64,000 bases of DNA from Squalus acanthias (taxonomy: Eukaryota): positions 1,116,001-1,180,000 of the forward strand of contig JASTWF010000048.1 of NCBI GenBank assembly GCA_030390025.1, in the 5' to 3' direction. Positions 48,501 through 60,758 of the stretch are shown here, piece after piece (position 1 is the first letter of the stretch; each line of letters starts with the position of its first letter). The position numbers were made by a program, and so were the translations under genes. Below the pieces are notes generated by a model, which saw only the letters and a program-made list of their open reading frames with translations, made no database searches and had not been told where the DNA came from.

Positions 48501-48640
48501 ACTCCTACCGTACTGCCCCTCGGAAAGCACAGTGCTCCTTCAGAACTATCACTCCGACAGTACAGCGCTCCCTCAGTACTGCCCATCCGACAGTGCAGCT
48601 CTCCCTCAGTACTGCCCCTCCGACAGAGCAGCAGTCCCTG
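48501..48640. repeat. 33-bp minisatellite upstream of A5, only ~4 units
   Basis: Same flanks as the other arrays but only ~0.14 kb long. Confidence 0.85.
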
Positions 48641-51009
48641 ACTGCTGCACTGTATCCACTCAGGTCTCTGGAGAGTGAAGCGAACCCACAACCATCTGTC
48701 TCAGAGGCGCAAATGGTATGAACTCAGCCGGAGCTGACAAGATATGATTTAATTTCCAAAGATTGCTGAATAAGTTTGTCACATTGACTTACTTGCGATC
48801 AGTGCAACTATTCTGATGTGTTAATGAACCTTGTGAAGCACGGCTTTTGCATTCGAATTGAATGATGTCAGAGCTCAGGGACTTCAGTTATACGGATAGG
48901 CTAGAGAAGCTGAGATTTTTGTCCTTGGAGTGGAGATGGTTCAGCACATATTCAAAACAAGGGTACCAGGATTTAGAGACTTCAGTAATGAGGAGAGAAT
49001 GGATGAGCTGGGAATTTATTCTCCTTCGAGCAGAGCTGGGAAATGGGACTATTTAATGTGCTCAACCTGATAGAGAACACGGGGAGAAACTGTTTCCACT
49101 GGTAGGAGATTCGGTAAGCAGAGCACTCAGATTTCGGATCATTGGCAAAAGTATCCGAGTTGAAGGTCAGAAGAATCTGTTAAAATCAGCGACTTATCAT
49201 GATACGGAATGTACTGCCTGAAAGTGCGATGGAAGTAAATTCAATAGTAAGTTTCAAATGGGAATTGGATATACCCTTGAAACGGAACATAAATTAAGGG
49301 TTATTAGAAAGGATCAGGGAGTGGGTCTAATTGTATAGGGGAGACCAAAACGAAGAATAAAAAATATAACATAGTTACGAATACATTTAGTAGGGAATTC
49401 AGGAGCAATCTACTTACCCAAAGAGTGGTGAGGACGTTTAACTTGTTACAACAAGAACTGGTTGAAGTAAATGGCATAGACGCATTTAAAAGGAAGCTAG
49501 ATAAGGACTTGAGCGAGAAAGGGTTAGAAGGACAAGCTGATATGGTGAGATAAAAAGGGGTGGAAGGAGGATCATGTGGAACTAATTGGATAGCGCTTTC
49601 TAACAGCCGGACCGGGCACGATGGGCCGAATGGTCACCTTCTGTGCTGTACATTTAATGATTCTATAAACCATGCAATATTGTTGCGTCAAAGTTCCCTC
49701 CAGATTCAGGCAGTGCGGGTTTCAGTTCCCATTTGCGAAAAGGGAATTAAAGGGTTAAATTCTCCGCGGGGCTGCACTCCTCGAATCTTTGAAAAACACA
49801 TCAAATGGCATCAAGAGTCTGATAGACAGGTGGCTTAACAGTTTTCAACAGACACTCAAACATCTGTCAGGAGGCAGGTGTTCCAGTGAGAAACTTATCT
49901 GGAGCAGCATCTCGTCTTTGCACAGGGTGAAACATCGGTCACACGTTTAAGGGTTCTGTTTTCCATTTGTATGGGGCTGTGCCACTTAGAGTAGAGAAGG
50001 TTAAGAGGAGATTTGAAAGAGGTGTTCAAAATCATGAAGCCTTTTGCTAAATTAAATAATGAGAAACTGTAAACCGTGTCAGGAGGTTCGATAAACAGAG
50101 GAGCCAGATTTAAGGTAATTGACAAAAGAACCAGAGCGGGAGATGAATAGAATCTTTCTCCTCAGTGAATTGTTATGATCTGGAATGCGCTGCCTGAACG
50201 GGTGGCGAAGCAGATTCAATAGTATTTTTTGAAAAGGGATTTGGATATATACTTGATGCGGAATTATATTGAGTGCTAAGGGGATCGGGTTTGGGGATTG
50301 AGACCAATTGGATAGCTCCTTCAAAAATCCAGCACAGGCACGATGGACCGAATGGCCTTCTTCTGTGCTATATCATTCTATGATTCTATTTTAATCAGCG
50401 CACCTCTCGTCGCTATTGTGATAGCGAAATTAACACGTGGGATAAGCACTTCCTCTGATATCGTGAGCTTGGGAACTAATCGGCAGCTATTCGTAATTCC
50501 TTCCCATATTCCTACGTCCGTTCTTTCAACAATAACACAAAACCATTTACCCAACTCATAATCTGTTGTTAAAATGTAGAGGATCCTTTAATGAAAAGTT
50601 CATCCGAAATGTTGAAAAAGCATTTTTATTCATGAATAAGCTCTTGTAATAAACTGAAGCGAAAGTGAGTAAGAGGATGTATCAATATGAATCAAAATGT
50701 AATCCATGATATATCATTTATTTGAACGGTATGATTAAAGAATAGCGACAGATAGATGATACAACGATCGATAGATAGATGATAGATAGATAGATATTGT
50801 GATTGATAGATTAGCGCAAGATAGACAAATCGATGACAGATCGATGGATAGATCGCAGATGGATAGAGAGATAGATAGTTAGACAGATAGATAGACAGAA
50901 AGACATACAAACACATCGATGGATAAATGCGTAAAGATGCAGACAAACAGACTCACAGACAGACAACGAGACAGATCTGTCTACCACGGTTATTTCCTGC
51001 CGCCTTTGG

Positions 51010-51048
51010 GGTTTTTGTTCAGCTCGTTCATCTCTCTGAGTCACTGTG
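51010..51048 (-). promoter_or_regulatory. 23-RSS of B4 (consensus)
   Basis: CACAGTG - 23 nt - ACAAAAACC. Confidence 0.96.
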
Positions 51049-51959
51049 CAGACTCCAAGCGCAATAATACACGGCCGAGAGATTTGCCCGCAGACTGGTG
51101 GACTCCAGGTAGAAGTGGGTGTCGTCGGGTCTCCTGGCGGTGAATCCATCCACCTCAACAGAGGGAGTCACCATTTCGCGGCCGATAGAATAGAAAAGGT
51201 TTTCAGGCTCCCTGTTGGGATGCCAGCGGTACCAGTAGAAATAGGTACCTGCTGCTGCTTCTGTGTAAAGGCAATCGATGCGAACTGGAGTGCCCGGGGA
51301 ACTGGAAATGGAATCGGGAGTCTGTTCGATCAGCACGGCCCGCACATCTATAAAACGGAGAAATACAGAGAGTGACAGATAAAACCAGGGAGACATTGCA
51401 TATGGACACCCGCCATGAAGTGGCAGAGAAGGGGAGAGAGAGTGAGGGCGAGAGTGGGCGCGAGAGGCAGAGAAACACAGCAAAATGGAGAGAAAGACGG
51501 AGACAATGATAGAGCGATTGTGACACAGAGAGTTAAATCCAGTGACAATCTAAATATCCGCAGAGAACGAGAAGGAGCACACGAGGAGAGAGCGATAGAA
51601 CAGTAAAGAAAGAAAGAGAGGCACAGAGACAGTGAAACATAGAGACAAAGAGAGAAAGACTCACAAAGAGAGAGAGTGAGACACAAGGGAAATATAAACT
51701 GACAGTCAGGCAGTAAGACAGACTGAGAGAGATACAGCGGCAGAGAGAGAGAGAGTGCGGCAGTGAGAGTGAGAGGCAGAGAGATGGAGACAGACAGACA
51801 GAGAGAGCAAAATATAAACCGAGGTAGAGAGAATCTACACCCGCCCGCGGTGTGAAGTGACACGCGGGGAAATAAAAGTGAGGGGCGCTGGAATCTCACA
51901 GCCCACTCCACCTTACCCGTTAACACAAGCAACACAACCCAGAGCTGAGAGCCAGCCAT
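51049..51959 (-). CDS. TRBV: TCR V segment family B copy 4 (B4), intact; leader 51959-51917, V exon 51347-51049
   Basis: Leader MAGSQLWVVLLVLT|GTAAGG, acceptor TAG. V exon ..IDC..FYWYRW..FYSIGREM..YYCAWSL. Confidence 0.92.
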
Positions 51960-53231
51960 CTCTGGGGGTAGAAGGATCCGAGTGTTTATGGTGTGATACC
52001 ACTAGGCCGTTTTCTTGTTGAATATATCAAAGCTCTGGGCACTGCGTGAAATTTACTGTCCCATCCTCTCCAATGTTAAGCTTTCGGATGGGAGGGACCA
52101 ATTTATCTTCACTTGTTTATTGACTCCCACATCGGGCTGGTCATTTCCGGGGCGGGGCTAATGAGGAACCCGCGTAATCGGCGGCCTGTCTCCTCCCTCT
52201 GATGACGGAGTCGGGCGTTCTTCAAACTGGAACAACCCCGAGGCGTCATCTGAGATGCCACTGATGGTGAGGGACTGAGAAAAGGGAGTTATACTGTCTG
52301 TCTGACTCATTCTGTGGAAATAACCTGCATCTAATCAGTGAGTGACGGTCTTTATTCTGAATCTAACCAGGGAGTGAGGGACTTTACTCTGAGTCTAACC
52401 ATTGAGCTAATGGCTTTACTTGGTATCTAATCCTTGTGTGGTGGACTTTACTCTGTATCTAACCAGTGATTGATGCGCGTCACACTGTATCTGACTATTA
52501 TATGATGGGATTCACTCTGTAACTAATCAATAATTGATGGGCTTTACTCTGTATCTAACCACTAGTTCATGGGCTTTATTCTGTATCTAAGTAATGGATC
52601 ATGGACATTCCTCTGTATCTAACGAATGGTTCATGGGCATTTACTCTGTATCTAACTAATGGATTACGGGCTTTAATTTGTATCTGACCAATAAACGATG
52701 GGCTTCACTCTGTAAAATCAATGATTCATGGGCTCTATTCTGTTTCTAATCCCTGTATAGATCAGGGCTGCCCATTTATCTAACCCGGGCTCTGACTTAT
52801 CCAAACAGTGTTGACCCGATATCTAACCCGTGCTGCCCATGTATTTAAGCAGTTCCGTTCCTGTACATATTCTGTAATGTCCGTGCTTCTAACCAGTGCT
52901 GTTCCTGTATCTAAAGTGTACTGTTTCTGTATCTAAACCGTGCAACCCATATATTTAATCAGTCCAGTCGATGTACCTATCCCGTACTTGCCCTGTATTT
53001 TGCGCGTGCTATGCCGGCATCTTACCAGTGTTGTCCCAGTATCAAACCGGTGCTGTCCCGGTATCTAACCCTAACTGAAATGTATCAAATCCGTACTGTC
53101 CTGTATCTAACCTGTGCTGTCCCTTCTCAGCCACCAAACACGCCCCTGCCCCCACCCTCCGTCGCTGGATTGACTCCACCCCCAGTAATCCAGTTACTGG
53201 CTCGGTTCTGAGCCCCGTTCTCTGCTGCACT

Positions 53232-53258
53232 GGATTTTGTTGCATCGCCCCGACTGTG
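53232..53258 (-). promoter_or_regulatory. RSS of C5 with an 11-nt spacer (12-type)
   Basis: CACAGTC (53258-53252) - 11 nt - ACAAAATCC (53240-53232). Confidence 0.75.
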
Positions 53259-53679
53259 GAGTCGCCAGGCGCAGTAATACACCCGAGTGGTCCGCCCGCA
53301 GTCGGGCCGTTCGCAGGTGAAATGTGGAACGTCGGGTCTAGAGGCGGTGAAGCCGTCTAGCTCTCCCGCCGGCTCGATGCTGTCGGAGATGCGAGAGTAG
53401 AAGAGCAGCTGTCCGTCTGGGAGCTGGCGGTACCAGGAAAACTCTGAGCTGCATAAACGCTCCGCAGAACAGCGGATCTGCAGCGGCGAGTGCAGAGAAT
53501 CGGAAATTACAGCCGGACTTTGCTGAACTTTGCCGCTAGCTACACCTGCGAATAGCAGGAAAATGATTTGTTTGAAAGAGGGGGACGTTGACATTCGGAG
53601 CCAACCCGCACCCAAGCAATGCTGAGGGAGACTTAATGTGCAACAGCAGCGCAGACACAAGACATCGGGTTAAATGCAG
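53259..53679 (-). pseudogene. TRBV: TCR V family C copy 5 (C5): dead leader but open V frame; V exon 53545-53259
   Basis: ATG changed to CTG (53677-53679) and donor GT changed to TT (53635-53636). V frame KVQQSP..IRC..FSWYRQ..ASRP..VYYCAWRL is open via compensating -1/-2 deletions. Confidence 0.8.
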
Positions 53680-54857
53680 TTTGATTAAAAGTTAGCAGAA
53701 GAGAATCAGACCGGGATTTTGTAAAAATCTGCTCTCCCGGCGCCTCCGTGACGACTTTTTGTAACTGCAGTTCTGTTTGATTGACAGCTGCTGGCCGCTC
53801 ACTCCAGGCCCCGCCCCTTACAGTCTGATTGACAGCTGTCGATATAACCCCGCCCGCTCCCAGCTTCTCTCGACTCTTCACGGTGCTGAAGTCACGCATC
53901 CCTGTTACCAATTTGGTAAATCCCCCCTGCAAGCTCTGTCTGGCCTTGACATCCATCCTAAGGTGTGTTGCCCATGATTGGGCACAATTTTCTAGCTGGG
54001 GCTGGAGAAACACGTTTTTTATTTGTTGAACATTAAAACTAAACGAATAATGGTGTGAGGAGGATGTTGTTCAATACGATTCTGACACGGCACCAGAAAT
54101 AAAACAGTAAATTGAACAAACTTGAACTGCATCGTGGGGGCATAATGTAATCCGGCGGCTGCTGAGTTAGCAAACAGTTCCGGTTCAGTCTAAAATCCAT
54201 TTCAATTTGATCGGCATAGTGTCAGAGCCGGAAGTCGCATCAAACAGTTACAATCGCCTCGAGAGTAACTGAACAAAATTAGCAGCAAATAAATTATATT
54301 GTGATACAGAATTCATCATCTGATTTTGATGGTCTTTGAATGGTTAAGAATTGTCGTCTTCCTCTCTGCCTTTCATTATTTCTTTCATTTTTCTCTCTTT
54401 CTGTTTGTTTTTTTATACCCTTGTTTCTTTCTTTCTTTCTTTCTTTATTCCTCCCTTTTTTTTCTTTCTTTCTATCTTCCTTTCTTTCTTCTTTTCTTTC
54501 TTCTTTCCTTTCTTTCCTTCTCTCTTTCTTTCGTTTCTTTCTTCATCTCATAGTTTCTTTATCCTTGTCTTTCATTCTTTGTCCATCTCTTTCTCTCTTT
54601 CATTCCTTCTTTATTTTTTATGACCTTTTTTCATTCTTTCTTACTTGCTTTCTCTGCGAGGCTCTTTGTGAGATGCCAGTGAGGTGGTTAAACAACTTCT
54701 TTCTCCCTCTCTTTCTATCTCTCTCTTTCAATCTCTCTTTTTCTTGACTTTCTTATTGTCTTCGTTTCCTGCTTTCATTCCATTGCTCCCTTTGGTTTCC
54801 TCCTCCTTTTGTCATTAACGTTGCCTTCTTTTCGACTGCCTTCTCTTCCTTCATAAA

Positions 54858-56945
54858 TAACAACAACAACTTGCAGTTATATAGCGCCTTTAACGTAGTA
54901 AAACGTCCCAAGGCTATTCAATGGAGCGTTATCAAAGAAAATTGACACCGAGCTACTTAAGGAGATATTAGGGCAGATGACCAGAAGCTTGCTTAAAGAG
55001 ACAGGTGTTTAAGGAGCGTCTTATAGAAGCAATGAGGTGTGGAAAGGCGGAGAGGCTTGGCGAGAGAATTCAAGATCTTACGGCCTCGACAGCTGAAGGC
55101 ACGGCCGCCAATGGTGAAGCAAATAAAATTCGGGGATGCGGAAGAGCCCAGAATTGCAGGAACGCAGATATCACGTACGGTTGTGGGGCTGGAGGGGTTT
55201 AAGAGAGGGTGGGGCGAGGCTGCGGAGGGACTAAAAAGCAGGTATGAGCAATTTAAAATGGAGACCTTGCTCAACCGGGAGCCAACGTAAGTCAGCGAGC
55301 ACAGTGGTGATGGGTGAACGGGGCGTGGTACGAATTAGAATAGGGGCAGCACCGTTATATTTTAGGGAGGGTGTAAGATGGGAGGCCGGCCACAAGGGCG
55401 TTGGAACAGTGAAGTCTGGAGATAAAAAGGCATGAATCATCGTTTCAGCAGCGGAAAGGTTGAGGCAGGAGCAGAATCGATGATGTTACGGAGCTTCAAG
55501 TAGACGGTCTTAGTGATGACGCGAAGTTTTGCAGTGCTGATCCCCAATGGTCAGTTTTGGATCCATTAATCTTTGCAAGTGTTCGAAACAACCTTGGCTC
55601 GGGTGCAGGGAGCAGCATTATAAAGTTTGTAGATGATACGAAACTTGTCAAAGTTGCAGATAGTGATGAGGATAGTTATAGGCTTCAGGATGACACAGCC
55701 AGGACAGTGAGATCGGCAGAAGCACGGCAGATGGATTTCAATGTGGAGAAGGGTGAATTGGTCCACTTTGGAGCATTAATATGGAAGGACAGTATACTAT
55801 AAATGGCCCGATTTTGCAAACTGTCAATGAGCAGAGAGACCTTGGTGTCCATATACATCAATCCTTAAAGGTGGCAGGGTAATTGATAATGTGGTTTAAA
55901 AATCAAATGGGTTACTTGGGTTTATAAATCAACCAGTAGAAAATAAAATCAAAGAGATGATACTGGAACTTTATAAAACACTGGTTAGGCCTCAGCTGGA
56001 GTATTGTGGACAATTCTGGTACCAAACTGCAGGAAACATGTAAAGGCCTTGGAAAGGGTACAGAGGAGGTTTACCAGGATGTTACCAGGGATGAGGGACT
56101 TAAGTTATGAGGAGAGGTTGGAAAAGATAGGCCTGTTCTCCTTGCAACAGAAAAATTTAAGAGGTGACCGAATAGAAATTTTCAAGATGATGAGAGGTTT
56201 TGATACAGAAATCTACCGAAATAGAAAAAACTGTTCCCACTGGCGATTGGATCAATAGCCAGAGATCATAGATACTAAATCATTTGCAAAAGATCTAGAG
56301 GGTAGAAGAGGATAATTATTTTCACTCAGTGTTTTGTCTGCAGCTGAAATGCTTTACCTGCAATGGTGGTGGAAGCGGATCAATCAATAACTTTAAAAGG
56401 GAGTTGGACAGGTCCGGAGGATGAGGAACTAACTGGATGATGGACAAAAACTGGGGATGTGAGATGAAACAAAACTGCTCCTTCAAAGAGCCAGCACATA
56501 TACGAAGGGTCGAATCGCCTCCTTCCGTGCTGTAAGTTCATATAATTCTCTATGTTGTCGGAAGTTCATCTCAGGGTCAAATATGACACCAAGATTGCTA
56601 ACAGTTTGGTTCAGCCTCAGACAGTTGCCAGGGAGAGAGATGGAGTCAGAGGCTAGGGAGCATAGTTAATAGCGGGGACCGAAGACAATGTCGTCGTCCT
56701 TCCGAATAGTTAGGTGGAGGAAATTTCTGCTCATCCGCTACTGGATGTCGGGCAAGCAGTGCAGTAAATCAGAGACAGTGGAGTGAATGAGTGCGCTGGA
56801 GGAAAGGCAGGGCTGTGTGTCATCAGCGTATATGTGCAACCTGAGATTGTGTTTTCAGATGATGTCGCCGAGGAGCAACATTTAGATGAGAAATAAGGCG
56901 GAGAGCAAGCATAGATCCATAGGGGACTCCAGAGGTAAAAATGCC
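54858..56945. mobile_element. Composite L2/CR1/L2 block, long-type cassette
   Basis: Paralog of 1530-3480. SSIIKFVDDTKL and ALERVQRRFTRMLPGM. Confidence 0.75.
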
Positions 56946-57898
56946 GGAGCGGTGAATCAATCACAATGTGCAGTTTGTAAAGTTCCTTATGCCAATCCAA
57001 AGAAAGAGTGAAGGTCAATAAAATGGATTATTCATTGGGAGCAGGCGCTGGTCATACAACATCTCTAGAAAGCAGCAGACATGAGGAAGTCTAACTGGGT
57101 TTTTGTGCCAAATGTTCGGTAACTGAAAGGGTTAGAGAACCAGCGGAGTTGACCATTAAGGGGACTCGTACATCTGCGGTGCCATTGCTACTTCTGTGTC
57201 AAAGCAGATCGTGGCAAAGGGACAGAGAAGCTACAGCGCCAGCTAGAGGCAAGAAGCTGCAACTTGAATGAAATGGGACTTGTTACTTTTCAAGCACAAC
57301 TGACTTGGTGGGTATTTTCAACTCATGGCCTGAAATTGAAACGCTTACCAATTATTTTCTCATCTCCTACAGATGATGACGATCTTAAATAGAATTACAT
57401 CGAATTTACAGCACGGAATCCTGTCCAACTGTTTGATGCAGGGCTTTATCCTCTACACGAGCCTCCTCCCACCTCACTTCTTCTCATCCTATCAGCAGAA
57501 CCTTCTATTCCTTTCTCACTAGTGTCTTTTTCCAGCTTCTATGCTATTTGCCTCAAGCAGTCCTTGTGGTAGCGAGTTCCATATTCTCACTACTCTCTTT
57601 ATATTGAGGTTATTTCTGAATTGCTAGTTGGATTTTGAACTGAGTATCTTATATAGTTGGCCCCTATTTTTGATCAAGCCCTCAAGTAGAAACATCCTCT
57701 CTGCATCTATCCTATCAAATCCTTCCATAATCTTAAAGTAATCCAATTGTGGTTTAACAACGCTATATGGAGACCAGCACTGTGTCCGGTATTCTAAGTG
57801 TGGTTTAAATAAGTTACATGGAGATTAGAACAGAGTGCTCGGCGCTGTTGTCTGAAGCTTCTGTAAAGTTACACGAGTCTGACCGCAGTTCGTCTGAG

Positions 57899-57937
57899 GG
57901 TTTTTGTCGAGGCGGCGGATGACTCTGAACCGCTGTG
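57899..57937 (-). promoter_or_regulatory. 23-RSS of A6
   Basis: CACAGCG - 23 nt - ACAAAAACC. Confidence 0.94.
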
Positions 57938-58740
57938 TCCCATCAGTAGCTGCACAGAAATACACCGCCGCATCCGTGTGTTTAACGCTGTCGATCTTCA
58001 GAGTGGATTTCTTATTTTCGACAGTCCTCGTAATGGCAAACCCGCTCTCAAAACCCTCTCCATACTTAGCTTCACTGCTTAAATAAATCGACCCGATGTA
58101 GGTGAATCCTTGTCCAGCGGACTGCCGATACCACAGCATGTTACTGCGGACTGTTCCATTCTGGTAACAATTTAACTCGGCCTCTCCTCGCGGATCAACA
58201 GTAATCGAAGTCGGCCACTGATGGATCACATCCGCCAGCGAACAGTCTGAAAAAGAGGCGGCAGAGATGATAAAAAACAATCGGATGTAATTGAGAAACT
58301 CGTCTGGCGTTTCAAATTAAGCCCGGGGCGGAAAACTGGCATTGTGGAGCCACCGATTCCCAAACACCAGTTAAAATCAACCGGATAATTCCGGGATTAT
58401 CACCAAATGAACAGCAGAATGGCGATTATCCTACAGTTAGGTAAGACAAAAAGAGATTCCGCAAACTTAAATTATAATGAGAACAATTAACGCATCAATA
58501 AATATTAAAACAGCTAAAATAACATTAAACGCCTTAAATTGTGTAAATGAAAATAAAATGTCGATTTAAATATTTGATTGCTCATAGATAATTGCTCGTT
58601 AATCATGATCGAATACCACAATGTAGATTAGTAAATATTTTTTTTGAATGGATGATACTAGTACATCACTTATAATTCTTCAACATTATCTTACTCGGTG
58701 CCAGCAATAAAAAAGCAAAGGCCAACAAATTGAAAGGCAT
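57938..58740 (-). CDS. TRBV: TCR V segment family A copy 6 (A6), intact; leader 58740-58695, V exon 58246-57938
   Basis: Leader MPFNLLAFAFLLLAP|GTAAG. Open V exon ending YFCAATDG, then a 23-RSS. Confidence 0.9.
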
Positions 58741-58806
58741 CGTTGAGGGCGATCGACGATCAAATGCCCCTAATGTGGACTAACAGAGAGAGCGACGTTA
58801 ATTATT

Positions 58807-58820
58807 ATGCATATGCAAAT
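58807..58820. promoter_or_regulatory. Octamer / MORE-like POU site ATGCATATGCAAAT in the A6 promoter
   Basis: Perfect ATGCAAAT at 58813-58820, ~75 nt upstream of the ATG. Other A copies have ATGCAAAA at the same place. Confidence 0.55.
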
Positions 58821-59100
58821 TCCGTGGTCAGAACCGGATGATGCATAGGTAAACAGAAAGAAAGAACTTGCATTTCTAAAGCATTTCCCGTGTAGTCGCT
58901 GTCGTAATACAGGACACCCGGCAGACCAATTGCGCACAGCATGATCTCACAAAGAGAAATGTGATACGTCAAAAGATAATCTGCTTTTAAGTCGTTTTGT
59001 TTCAGGGAATCATATTGGCCAGGACAACGGGAGAAATGCGCAATAGTATGCGTGCGAAACTTAACTTCCACCTGAGAGGGAAGGCAGGGCCTCGGTTTCA

Positions 59101-60758
59101 GTACTCCCTCAATACTGCAGCTTCCAACAGTGAAGCACTCCTTCAGCACTGCCCCTCCGACAGTGCAGCGCTCCCGCAGTACTGCCCCTCCGACAGTGCA
59201 GAGCTCCCTCAGTACTACCCGTCCGACAGTGCAGATCTCCCTCAGTACTGCCCTTTCGACAGAACAGAGCTCCCTCATTACTGCCCCACCAAAAGTGCAG
59301 ATCTCCCTCAGTGCTGCCCCTCCGACAGTGCAGAGCTCCCTCAGTACTGCCCCTCCGACAGTGCAACGCTCCCTCAGTACGACCCCTCCGAAAGAGCACC
59401 GCCATCTCAGTACTGCTCCTCCGACAGTACAGGGCTCCCTCGGTACTGCCTCTCTGACAGTGCAGCGCTGCTTCGGGACTGCCCGTCCAACAGTACGGCG
59501 TTTCCTCAGTACTGCTCATCTGATAGTGCAGTGCCCCCTCAGTACTCCCCTCTGACAGTGCAGCGATCCCTATGCACTGCCCCTCCAAAAGTGCAGCATC
59601 CCTCAATACTGCGCCTCCGACTATGCAGCGCTCCCTCATCACTGTCCCTCCGGCAGTGCAGTGCTCCCTCATTACTGCCCCTACAACAGTGCAGCAATCC
59701 CTCAGTATCGCCGCTCTGACAGTGCAGCACACCCTCAGCACCACCCCTGCCACAGCGCAGCATTTTCCTCAGGACTGCCCCACCAACACTCCAGTTTTCC
59801 CTCAGTGCACCACTCTGATAGGGCAGCCCTTCTTCAGTACTTCCCCTCCGACAGTGCAGCGCTCCCTCAGTACCGTTTCTCTGAGAATGCAGCGCTCCCT
59901 CAGTACGTCCCCTCCAACAGTGCAGCGCTCCCTTAGTACGGACCCTCCGACAGTACAGCGCACCACCAGAACTGCCCCTCGGACAGTGCAGTGCTCCCTC
60001 ATTACTGTCCCTCCGATAGTGCAGCACTCCCTCAGAATTGCCTCTCGGACTGTACAGTGCCCCCCTCAGTACTGTCGCTCCGACAGAGCATCTCTCCCTC
60101 AGTACTGACCCTCCGAATGTTCAGCGCTCCCTCTGTACTGCCCCTCCGACAGTGCAGCGCTCCGTCAGTACTGATCCTCCGACAGTGCAGCACTCCCTCG
60201 GTACTGCTCCTCTGAGTGCAGCGCTCCCTCAGTACTGCTCCTTCGACAGTGCAGCACAACTTCAGTACTGCTCCTCCGGCAGTGCAGCTCTCCCTCACTA
60301 AGACCCCTCCAACAGTGCAGCGCCTTCTCAGTACTGCACATCCAACAGTACAGGGCTCCCTCGGTATATCCTCTCTGACAGTGAAGCGCTCCCTCAGTAC
60401 TGCCCCTCCGACAGTACAGCCCTACCACAGGAATGCCCCTCTGACAGTGCAGTGCCCCCTCAGTACTGCCACTCTTACATTGCAGCGCTCCCTCAATAAT
60501 GCCCCTCAGACAGTGCAGCGCTCCCTCAGTACTGCCCCTCAGACAGTGCAGGGCTCCCTCAGTACGGCTCCTCCGACATTCCAGCACTCCCTCAGTACTG
60601 CTCCTCGGACAGTGCAGCTCTCCAACAGTACTGCCTCTCCAACAGTGCGGCGCTCCCTCTGTACTGCACCTCCGACAGTGCAGCGCTCCGTCAGTACTGC
60701 CCCTCCGACACTGCAGCTCTCCCTCAGTGCTGTCCCTCCAACAGTCCACCACTCCCTG
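59101..60758. repeat. 33-bp minisatellite upstream of A6 (~1.65 kb)
   Basis: Tandem diverged units. Some variants are shared with the A2 array. Confidence 0.93.

Noticed and set aside
54326-54747. Phe/Leu/Ser-rich membrane-like ORFs (also ~19200, 29942, 43831)
   Set aside because: Translations of (CTTT)n microsatellite.
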